Positions 1 to 11,534 of a stretch of 64,000 nt of DNA are shown here, piece by piece. The number at the start of each line of letters is the position of its first letter. The first letter of the stretch is position 1. The stretch is from Oculina patagonica (lineage: Eukaryota). A program made the translations under genes and the position numbers. Location: the NCBI RefSeq assembly GCF_052425735.1, contig NC_135760.1, positions 5,890,001 to 5,954,000 on the forward strand, in the 5' to 3' direction. Under the pieces are notes generated by a model. The model was not told the origin of the DNA. It worked only from the letters and a program-made list of their open reading frames with translations, and did not search any database.

Positions 1-1285
1 GATTAAAATCGGAAAAATGTTTTCTCACAGACTGCCCTCCAAAACGCTGTCGGCGATTTTTCAATTGTCAGTGACTAAAGTTATAATGTTCAGTCCCACT
101 GCTTACATACGTATATTTCTACAAAAGACACTATAACTTTGTAAAGGAAGCGAATTCAAAAAGAAGTTCGATGCCGTTTACAGCGTTTTACAAGGGAGAT
201 AACCCTCTATATGTACTTTTATCGAGAAATAGACGAAAAACCATTTTCCAGCTTGATATGCTAAGGTGTTAAAATACCCCAAAGTGTTGCAATTCTTTTC
301 TCGCGTTGGAGATATAAAACACTGCGAGTTTACTCGAAACGAAACGCAATAATATTACTGATATTACGAAACGCAGTGACTGAGATTTCTCATACTCGGG
401 TAATTGTGCTGAAAAGATATCGGCACTAAACAGCCTCTTGTAGTGGTTCAGTTTGCACGATCTATATTCCACTCTTTTTAAGGCGCAGTCTAGTAGTACA
501 CTAGAAACAACACTATTGCTGCTGAATGTTAATGTTTCGCGTACTCTTCGAGATACCTGTATACAGCTAATTCGAGAAAGGTTGTCGAAAAAAAAGCACA
601 AAAGTGCACGCGACTGAATACCTAAAGGTAGTATGGGTAGAAGTAGAGAGCTACTGCACGTGCTAAATGCCTATAAGATGGCAACATGGCAAACGCGAAT
701 TTGCACGTTTTCTTTCTCTTCAAACGGCAAACAAGGCACTTTTAGCCACACTGAATTTTAGAAGAATTTTCAAAACTGAAAGACATGCGACAGTTAAAGT
801 AAAGCTAAAGAAAAAGGCCTCCTGAGAGGAAAACAAAATTTTACGTGCAAACTTGTACATTTCCTCTAGGCCAATAGGCAAACTTCAAATGAATACCAAG
901 ACCACCTTTCGGTCTTGTCGCGTACACTTCTGCGCTTTGTCCGACAACCTTTCTCGAATTAGCTGTATGTAAAGAGAAAACTGGTCGCCGCGTTTTTGAA
1001 TTGTAACTAATTTGGTGGTAGTTACAAATTCAAAATCGATTTTTACCTCTATCTAAAAAAACAACACAACATTTCCTAACAAAAGACATAAAAAGGAGAA
1101 CTCAAATTTTTGAGTGAAACTGAATTATCCCTTTTTGGCCTTTCTGTGTTACTTTTGAGTTATTCTTAAATTTTAAGCTGTCATTGTGCAATTCAGTTAA
1201 TTCTATGACCAGATGGTCACTGCCGAAATTGCCTAAAATTGCATGACATAGCCCTTTAACAAGTCTCTAAATATCTGCTTTTCAG

Positions 1286-2142
1286 TGTAAGACCGATGAC
1301 GACTGTGATCCTGGAGAATGCTGTTCAAGATTCTGGTTCCTTGGCCGGTGTAAATCTTTAAGAGGAGAGGGACGGTTCTGCCATCCCTCGTCTGTAAGTA
1401 ATTCCCAGAAATTTTCAACAGCTTTAATTACGGATTTGGTATCCCTCTAGTATTTTTAGAAAGCAGTAACTATCCGAATGATTCGAGAGTTTTAGTACCT
1501 CTTGGAATTTCTGTATGAAGCACCCACCCGAAGGGTGTGAAAATTTTAGCTTATCCTAGTATATTTCATAAGTTCCCCACAGGGAGTGTAGCAACTTCTT
1601 CTACGGTAGCAGTTACATGGGCGGATCCAGGATTTTTCTTAGGAGGGGGTGAACCACTAAGGAATGGCGTAACTGAATTTTTTGTTTGCAGAATACCAGT
1701 TGTAATAGAAAGCCGCAGGTCATCTGGGGAGGGGAGGGGAGTGGGGCACCCCTGCACACTGTCGCTAGATCTGCCCTTGAGTTAGTCAGTCAGTCAGTCA
1801 GTCAGTCAGTCAGTCAGTCAGTCAGTCAGTCAGTCAGTCAGTCAGTCAGTCAGTCAGTCAGTCAGTCAGCCATGATCTAGATCTCTTAGTTTAAAGTGTG
1901 TGCATCATAAATCTGAGCAAAAAGAATATTACGCACCATTGTCCTTATCATGCTTATGTTTCTTTTTCAAACAGACTTGTCGGCTTCGTTGCAGAGATGA
2001 CCTTGAGTGTCGAAAATGGGGTGTCACAGGTTTCTTTTACAGATGCCTCGTTCCTCTCCCTCCTACAACTTCCGGCATAGTAACTCAGTGGGTAACAACT
2101 TCCGGCCCAACTGAGTTGCCAACAAATGCAACTCTCAGCTAA
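1286..2142 (+). CDS. Cluster gene 1 (5'-partial): secreted 10-Cys prokineticin/colipase-fold-like peptide. Exons 1286-1393 and 1975-2142; exon 1 presumably lies upstream of the window.
   Basis: ttttcag|CKTDDDCDPGECCSRFWFLGRCKSLRGEGRFCHPSS|gtaagt (108 nt, phase 0), then aaacag|TCRLRCRDDLECRKWGVTGFFYRCLVPLPPTTSGIVTQWVTTSGPTELPTNATLS*. AATAAA at about 2255. Homologous to the complete paralogues downstream. Confidence 0.85.
1784..1869. repeat. (AGTC)n microsatellite in the gene 1 intron
   Basis: Perfect tetranucleotide run of about 21 units. Confidence 0.98.
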
Positions 2143-3520
2143 ACAATGACCCTCGACGAAAAATGGTTGATCCTGTTCATCCGGACAAGAGATTTGTAGT
2201 TGTTCTATGTTAGATGATAATGTGTAAACCGTTAATTAAGCCTAAACGATAATTAATAAATAAATAAACGCTGCAAACTACGAGTCAATTACTGTATGGT
2301 AAAAGAGGTCTTTTGTTGAGAAAGTGACTAAATATAAAGAGATGCACATTTTGCAAGTATAGGTTTTAAAGTCTGCGTTCGAGTCCAGGGGCCCCAACCT
2401 CGTTCCCAGGGCTTTCCCCTTGGTAAACAGGCCGGAGCTTATCCTGGTTTTCGTAACATCGCAATCCGTTTCAATCTTCTTCACTTTTGGCCATCCGTAC
2501 CTTTTTTGTATTTGATGTGTTATTGAAATGTTCCATCACTGTTTTAAGCAGTCGTTTTTTATATATATTTCAAGCCTTTCATGGCCATTTCCCATGCCTA
2601 AATGTGGCTAAAATCCTTGAAACATGTTGAAACAGTGCCCTTTAATAAACTTTGCTTCCAGCTACTGCAAAATTTAACGTGAAACGATGAAATAACGCAC
2701 TTGATTAGTACCAGTACAGGCATAAAGGGGGCAAGATTAGCCCATCATATCTCTTTTTCGATCAAGGTGACCTATCTTTTGTATTGTATTTTTCGAAATA
2801 GTGCTTGATAGGGAACATTTACGGAAATTTTAAAGACGATAGTTCGACAACTTCTGTTTCTGTGAAATCAGCTAAATTCGCCGATACCCATTTATACACC
2901 TGGGTGGAGAGAGGCACTATGAGAGTAAAGTGTCTTGCCCAAGAACACAGTGCAGTGTCCTAGCCAGGGTTTAAATCTAGACCGCTTGATCTGGAGTCCA
3001 TTAGGCCACCAAGCCAACATAACCTCTGCAAGATTTTTTTGCACCATCCATCTTTATAGCAGAGGGGGATGCTTGAATTTTACCGTGCTTACCGTGTGCA
3101 CGATTTTTTCTCCTTCTTTTCTTGTGCAAGAATTTTTTGTCGTAATTGCCCAACACTCCCTCCTCAAAAAATAAAGAGTCTGTCTCTATAGCTTGGAAAT
3201 GTTTGGCGCTAATTTAAAGTTGATATTTTGCCCTACGACTGCACGATGCTTTTTTTACCTCGCGCGCCAAATAGCGCAACTATGACCGGTGTGTAAGGGA
3301 AAATTGTGTAATGAACATATGAAAATCACGCACAGCGAGGGACACAGAACACACGACTAATAAATGTTTTGTACGGCGAAAACAGTTTCTCTGTCTAGAA
3401 AAAGATCGTACATCAATAGAAGTACATTTTACAAGCACTTTTCTCTCCACCTACCTTTTATCATGGTAAACTAACGCTCCATGAAATTAACGCGAATTTT
3501 AAAAAAATCGCTTAATTTAA

Positions 3521-3841
3521 TGCACCTATTAATGTTAAGCCCGAGAGGGGGGTAGGGAGGTCGTGCTAACCACGGGAATTTGATCGTGAGGTCGGTCTGC
3601 AGGGTAGGGATTTTGATGGTACGTGATGTCTCCAGGTTATAGATTTTGGTCGTATGTGATGCCCTGGAACAAGGTTTGAAGGACATCTTACCACCTTCTC
3701 TTGCTCCCAGTTGGGGATTTTGACCAATTATTTTGTCCTGGGGGTGGGGAATTTGCCTTTTTTAAAGAAAATGTCAAAATCCCCACCCCATGTCCGAGTC
3801 CGACCCCCCCCCCCCCCTCGGGCTTAACATTGATAAGTGCA
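3521..3841. mobile_element. MITE, PIF/Harbinger-like
   Basis: TIRs tgcacctattaatgttaagcccgag / ctcgggcttaacattgataagtgca, with TAA on both sides. Confidence 0.7.
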
Positions 3842-6539
3842 TAAGTTTTTCCATTTGCTGTGTTATTGATATGTTCCTTCGCTGTTTTAAGAGGTTATCT
3901 ATTTTTTATTTCACCGAATCGAAATTGATGGTCAATTCCGATGCCTAAATTTATCTAAAAACCGTGACACAGTCCCTTTAACTCCTGAACTTATACACCT
4001 GAACGTAAATTATTATCGCCTTAAATGGTTCTGCAAATTAAAATTTATATTTCTGCACTTGTAAACTTTCCCGATCTGAGAGCACTTTGCCTCATGTTAG
4101 CTGTTATTCCCGCGAGTATTGTCGCCCGTTTTAGATTTTCCAGTTGCACTTTGAGAAGAACGTGGATTTTAAGTTCACGCAAGTGGCTTCAAGCTGAAGA
4201 AAGCCAAGGAAACTTGGTAGGAAAAGCTCCTTCGCATAACGCGTTCTTTTTGCTTCAAAAGCTTTGCCTGATTTGATAATTCAAAACATATCAAGAGCAG
4301 ATTGAAGCGCCTGTAGCAAGTAGTTAATTTGAAATAACTACCAATATCTCTTCGTATCTTTACCGGTCACCGGTTGTTGAATTTTTGGCTCATTGGCCAA
4401 CCAGAAAAATCTAACTCTGTTTCCTTGCGGATATATAGTCCATCTCCACTTGCAACCCAGACCTCAACAATAAATATTAGACTACAAATATAAACAGAAA
4501 AACGATCTGCTATTAGTCCCTATGATGAACAGTCGCCGGAAGAGAGCTCACGAACTTGCGTATAATTTTATCGGTTCGCTTATTCTTCAAGTGTTTTTCA
4601 CGACGATATTGATCATGATAAGCAGCCAGGGATCCTAGACTGAAGATTTTGCAAACGTGATCATTGTTGGAACGTTTCCTATCTGATGCAAACGATTCCG
4701 AAGAATTACGATGGATTTCAGAGGACGAATTTACAAATGAAAGTGGGTTAATGTCTGGAACATAGCAATGAAGAGTCAACTTGAGAACCATGCCCATGCC
4801 TTATGACAGTTTTGAATCCTAAATGATCGATTTTGCACCGCTACTCGAATAAGCACCGCACTTTACCGAAAATAATTTAACAGTAAGCGCCGCTCTCGAA
4901 TAAGCGTCGCGGCGCTAATTTGTTTATTTGCAGAGAGACTGTAAACTGTGTTAATATATGTTACCTCTCATATTTGAACTGCAATACTTTCACAAAGACA
5001 CTGAGAAGCTGTGTTCATGTTACCTCTTTTATTCCATTTGAAATGATTTTATATTAAATAGTGTATACCTAGTGCGCGCGTTATTTAATTCTCTCTATAT
5101 TCCCCTGAGTGTTATACCGGTAGCTAGTTGAAATAAGCGCCACTCTCGAATAAGCGCCACTCTCGAATAAGCGCCGCGTAAAGTAAAACGTGTGTGAAAA
5201 GCGTAAGAAACGAATCAAATGGTCTAATGAGTGTGTTTCGTTGTACAAAGTGCAGAAAGTGTCTCTCCAGATATGCTGAAATATAGCCGCTAGATCAAAA
5301 GGTCCGCTAATTTGCGGTATTTCTCTCCGAAGTTTATGGTAGGTTTGTATTTTCTTCGAATAGGTGTATATTTCTCGGGGTCGAGTGTTAGTGGGCAAAC
5401 CGTTTACTATAAACGAACTTAAAGAATGAAAAATCGCGAGGAGTTATTTTTTTATTTTATTTTTCTTTAGGACTTAAAACGTGCAAGTTGCTTGTTTGAT
5501 TCGTGACTTGTTAAACCAAACAAAGATTGGGAACAATAATGTGCTTTTAAAGTGTTTATCTAAGTATGCCATCACCATATTTACTTAAACACACAAACAC
5601 GCGAACACAATTTTCCCAACATTTCGAGGCATATAAATTATTATTTTTAGGCCGCATCCTTTTGCTGTAGAGAGATATTAAAGATTTCGATATTAAACAA
5701 AAATCACGATTACAGTATTTTAATCTTACTATTTAGTACAGAGGAGCCCAAGCGTCTGACACCAAGCACGTCCGTTCGTTAAATCGTTACTCGTTAACCA
5801 AATCCCCCAGCTGCTCCAGCTATTTATTTTAAAAGCATTAACAAAACGGTAAAATGTTTTGTCGGAAATCAACTACTGAAAAGCGTTCTTATCAAACCAA
5901 AAAATATTTGATAGACCAAAAGACAATAAGGGAGAGAAATTGAGGGCGCTGGAGAAAAATGAAATTTATAAAATAAGCTCTAAATCAATTTGAAGTAGAT
6001 AGCTTCTTCATTATTTTAATAACGATTCTCTTTATCTAAAGTCAACATTAATCGACATTAATGTTGGATTGCTTTTATTATATTTGCTTTCATCTTTATA
6101 GTTTTAACTAGTTTACTGTGTTAACTATCCCAAACTTAAGTGAGTTTGACACTGTCTAACTGGGTATTGACGTTCCTCTGTTGTCTCACCTTGTCTATCG
6201 GCGCAACTCAATATTTTGTTGATTTTGGTTTAGCATTTTGTGATAGCTCCCTTTTGATTTTGATTGAAGAAAAATGGTTCTACGATCACGCAATCACTTT
6301 AATTATATTTGTTTTCATCATTATAGCTTTAATTTGTTTGCTGTGCTAAGTATGCTAGTTTGACACTGTTTGAGTTGGAATCCACGCTCCTTTGTTTTCC
6401 ACCTTGTTTTCTGGCGCCACTGAATCTTTTGTTGACTTTGTTTTAGCGTTTTGTGTTAGCTCAGCTTTGATTATGATACAACAAAAGAGTTTCCACTATC
6501 TCGCAATCCACAGTGAATTCGTGCAGCTAAGAGAGCAAC

Positions 6540-9500
6540 ATGAAATTCGCGCTGGTTCTGGGGCTTTGCCTGGCGTTCGCCTTCGTAGTTGAATCGTTTG
6601 AAGAAGAGGCAGTTTTGGAAGGCGAGCAAGGAAAGGAATCGTTTGAAGACGAGGCAGTTTTGGAAGGCGAACAAGGAAAGCAATCATTTGAAGACGAGGC
6701 AGTTTTGGCAGGCGAGCGAGGAAAGGAATCGTTTGAAGACGAGGCAGTTAACGTTTTCGCAGACGAGCAAGGAAAGCAATCGTTTGAAGACGAGGCAGTT
6801 TTGGAAGGCGAACAAGGAAAGGAATCGTTTGAAGACGAGGCAGTTTTGGAAGACGAGCGAGGAAAAGAATCGCTTAAAGACGGGGCAGTTTTTGCAGACG
6901 AGCTAGGAAAGGAGTCGTTTGAAGACGAGGCAGTTTTGGAAGGCGAACAAGGAAATGACAAACGTCGTCTTGGACAAAGGGTGAGTGTTTTTTCTTTGAA
7001 AAATATCAACTATAAAAAGACAAGAATCGATATCTGTCCATACCGTTTTGTTAACTCAAGTTTTTTGAAGCTTTATATAAACTATCTACCGCGAAATCTA
7101 CAGTCACGCTACAAGTTTTTTTAACCACATACAGCCAAACATTAAAATGTAAAAAAAGCAGGTTTATTGACGAGCTTCACTAAAAGTGGATATATATAAT
7201 TTTAACTTAACGTCTCTGCCTGGTTTATAAACAGTACATTAAACTACCGATAAGCTAATTTATAGATTTCCGCCAACTGTAGGAAGATACACCGTGGATG
7301 ATACCCCGAATGTTTCTCAAAAGAACCCCATTGACAAGTTCCCTTAATATCTTATTTTCAGTGTAGGACCCATACCGACTGTGATCGCAGAGAATGCTGC
7401 GGGCGTTTCCGCCGATGCGTGCCTAAAATAGGACTGTTTTGCCGTCCAAAATTTGTAAGTAATTCTGAAAGATATCAATAGTTTCGATAACGGGTTTGGG
7501 TATTTCTCTAGAGTTGTGACCATCCGAAGGTCCGACAGTTTTAGTACCTCGATCTTTTATTTCCGCATTTAGCAACACCACCCAACGGGTATGAAAATTT
7601 TGGCATCCTGTAGCTTGTGAGCACTCTGGCAAAGTCCACTGCAAACCATCAAGATATCACAATTAAGTAATGCAACAACTTAAAAAATAATAATCGGTTT
7701 TTTTGAAGACGCGCGAAAACAACTTGTGAGGATTAGCCTCAATCTTTCAAATTGCAATCCATTTCCATCCAAGCCATCTGCAGCCAGGAACGCTTAATTG
7801 TTAACAGTTTCAGTGGTCTAATAAAGCAGTGTTAATAAAAATGAACCATTATTTGTAGGCCCCTTTAACCCACCGATACGGTAATTTACAATTTTTTCCA
7901 ATGTCTGAAGATACACCGTGGAAGATCTCTCAAATGTTACTAAAAAGACCCTACTAACAAGTCCCTTAAGAAGAAATTTCGACTCAGACCGAGCGGGCAG
8001 TGGCACAAAAGTTGCACATCAGAATTTTTGATATGCCGCCCAAAGAAAGCCTATGGTAGGCCTAGAAACGTGGTGGGATTTTTTTCTTCAAATATTTTTT
8101 CAACCGGTCAAAAACTTACAAAACCGTTATGAACCCCAGCGTCTTCTTAAACACACAAAATAAACATGACTAATACCGTGTCGTAAACTTCGCACTGGCT
8201 CATTCGCATTAAATGAAACCCCGTTTTTGAGCCTAGAAATGGACTATTGAAGTGTTTATAAGTCATTTGAGTCCAATCTTTCTTCTGTAAGTTAATTGCG
8301 AAGGTCACGGCGAGCCGCTGAAAACCACTAAAATTCGGTTGCTCGTAATTCTTAATTTGGCGCTCTTTTTCGAGAAAGAATTTCTCTACCCGGTAAAACT
8401 CTAAATAACTTGAATTTCGGATATTTTGAAAGGGGAAATGCCATTCTAAAACATAGTGTTAAAATTTATTTCGGGCTCTTTATACGCGCTGAGTGCGAAC
8501 GCTCTCAAAATACTTATAATTACAAAATTATCTGTCACTGAAACGTAAACAATACCCACATTCTTCCTGCCTGAGAGTCCAAAACGTCTTCTTCTGAGTC
8601 TTTCCTCCGTTTTCTACTAGTATTTAGATGTAATCTACAGCAGAAGTTCCCTGTTAAGATCATCCTGAACACCATATCTTCCAAATATCGAGAATAAAGC
8701 GAATTTCGAATGCTATCGCCATCTTTAATAGCAATTAGTCTTCAAGCGTGCTGTCGACAACTTCAGTACATCTCCGTGTTGACATTCAACATTCGACCGC
8801 TCTCAGGTCTGCCATGATATATTCCCATCTCTTGTTAAACAGCTGTCGAATAAATATACCCTTCTTGTATCAACATTTTGATTTCTCGACCGAAATACCG
8901 GTCCGTTCATTTCTTCATGGTCAAGAACAACGCACTGGAACCAGGCAAACTGTTGTTCTCCGATTACATGTTGACTCAACTTGCGTGTCACGTAATCCCT
9001 TTCCTTAGTCACTCGGTTGTTTTTTTGTTACACGATTCCATAAATGAATTAAAAATACCCGATAATTCGAAAGATCAGGACGTCTCAATTAAATATTCTG
9101 GTTAACGCTGTGCCAGCATCCCTTTGTGACCCTTCACGAAAAAATCGTAAACTAGTCCTGATCGTAAACAGACTTACCTTATTATAGGAATATAACGAAG
9201 CATTTTAACAACGCGAACAAAATATACGCGTAATAAAATTAACGCGAATTTAAGAAATGTTCTGGTTAAATGCTTATAGTAAACGTGTTTATATTAATTA
9301 ACATCAATAAAATTAACGCGAATTTTTGAAATTCGCGTTAATAACATGTATCGTTAATTTCCTATAATAAGGTATGTAAAGGTTTAATATAGCGCTCATT
9401 GTTTCACTATACTCAATCAACTAAAGGTTGAAACAATATATGGTAAACCATTATTTGCAAGAAACAGAATCTTGGCCAAAATGATATTTTCAACAGATGG

Positions 9501-11503
9501 CTTGGCCCACACCATCGCCACTAACCCACTAACCCCTGCCTACACGACGACGAGCGGTACTCCGCCTGAGGTCCAGATCATATGTCCTTTTGTGAAAACA
9601 GGTATACAGCAATACAGCAAACAGAGACCTTGCCCTGTTAACTATTGTATTGAGGTATCCAGAACGACATCTTCACTTTGGGGCGGAGCCTCCCGTGGTT
9701 GGGTAAGTGGTGATTGGTCAAAGACATTGCGAAAAAAAAAATAGATTGATCATTTCGGTCAATACGATTTGAAAGGCACTGCCTTTTTTCTTCAGGCACA
9801 ACCATGGGCACCTACCTGGCACAACTGTCTCACGGCATATAGTCCTACACATCTTCCGATCCAGTTAAAATAACTGCCGTATTCCATCGAATAAGCGCCG
9901 TCCCCGAATAAGCGAAGCATTTGAATAACGCCGCATTTGGGACAAAATGTAAATAAGCGCCTCCTCCGAATAGAAGAGTCCCGATGCGGTGCTTATTCGA
10001 AGAATTCCCTTTGACCGACAATGGAACTCTAAAACACTTAAAGTGAATATATTACACCATTATTCGATCAACAAGTGCTCTGTCCATTATTATTACAGTA
10101 CGTAGTTTTGTTGTGAAGGCCGTTCATGAACTTTACCGTTACACCAAGCCCAATTTCTCTCTTTCTTTTTCCGGGTACCTGTGCAAGTAGTCTGTTTTCA
10201 GTGTTTGCTTTGTTTCGAAAGTGGTGTCCTCAAATTACCCCCCCCCCCCCAACCCCCCGCGAATTAGTGCCGCATTTGAGACCTGAATAGGGTATACATT
10301 CGCTGAAACTAGACTTATCACTCATCACATGGAAACGTCATCCACAGTCCAGTTGACCAACCAACATCTCCAAGTACACAAATCGTTAGTGCGCTAGACT
10401 CTTGGTCGACCGGTCCGTATTCGAGCCCTGGCCGGGATCATTGCATTATGTTTTTGGGCAAGACAATTTTTTTTCCCACAGTGCTGTCTCCACCAAGGTG
10501 TGTATGTTGAGGAGGAAGGAGAGGATAATCCTGCGATGGACTAGCATCTTATTTTGTAGGAGTAAAATATTCCTACTATATATTGAAACTGGAAGAAGCT
10601 CCGGCCTGACGGGCCACTAGCCCGGGGGGGGGGGGGGGGTCTCCCCTATATGGCCTATACGGGGACGTGCCGCTGGATAGGGTATGGTTTTTGACTCCTC
10701 CGGTCCTGAACAGGGTATATAATTTCAAGCTCCTGTCCTAAACAGGGCCTGAATCTGTCCTAGACAGGGTATGGCTGCAAGACTGTCGTCCATGTATTTA
10801 CATTGTTTTCGCTTTCACTGCAATAAAAAAGCATTATTTTATTCGGTGGGATAGGTGTTTCTGCATTTCAATGCTTCAAACGTCGCGTATGGGACGCAAT
10901 CACAATAAAGCGTAAATGATTGTTGATGTTGTCCTTTGTCCTAAATAGGGTCTTAGAATAGGGGGTGTTGTCCTACACAGGGTAGGTATTTTAAGTTTTT
11001 ATTGTCCTAAACAAGGTCAGGGTTTCAAACTTCCAGCAGCACCCCTATACCTAAACTTAGGTCAAGAACCCCCCCCCCCCTCCCCCAGGGACTAGGCTCC
11101 AACAGTTTTTTGAAAAGTCATGAAGAAGGAAAGTAACTTTTAGATCTTTTACGACCAGCGCGTACCATGCGTGCGGGTAAAAGTAATTATACCCGAGGCC
11201 TCGAGCCCGAGACGCCGTCCATATCTCTACTCTTATATAACATTTTGACGTAATATATCAATCACGAGAGGCAGTGTTTCATCGGAATATCCAAACTCCG
11301 AGAAGAGAGTTGAAAATACGACGCGCAGCGGAGTATTTTTGACGAAATTCGAGGTGTTTGGATAGCCGATGAAACACTGTCTCGAGTGTTTGACATATCT
11401 TCTCGATCGAAACAAAAACTACGGAGTAAACGGAGAAATAAAATCGTAAAAAATCTATGCTAATTAAGATCGGGTTTCCAAACCACCGTCACGGTTATAA
11501 TAA

Positions 11504-11534
<31 letters not shown>

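Noticed and set aside
1686-1880. ORF with SQSV repeats
   Set aside because: Translation of the AGTC microsatellite inside an intron
6140-6349. Hydrophobic 69-aa ORF repeated at 38171-38380 as a membrane peptide
   Set aside because: GTG start within the T-rich duplicated upstream block; its conservation is explained by recent segmental duplication
6592-6955. 45-bp repeats as a CRISPR-like array
   Set aside because: Units are contiguous with no unique spacers, keep a reading frame after a signal peptide, and lie in eukaryotic DNA with no cas genes
6471-7009. Minus-strand and alternative-frame ORFs over the acidic arrays (also near 21.0-21.6, 38.4-39.0 and 46.2-46.7 kb)
   Set aside because: Shadow ORFs of a stop-poor coding minisatellite; only the + frame has a signal peptide, KR site and splice donor
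6981-7124. ORF-track C-terminal extensions such as VSVFSLKNINYKK
   Set aside because: Read-through into intron 1 past a conserved GT donor; lengths differ among paralogues
8748-9008. Mirror ORFs at 8748-9008 (+) and 13007-13216 (-) as duplicated genes
   Set aside because: They are the two arms of the transposon inverted repeat and show no recognisable protein features
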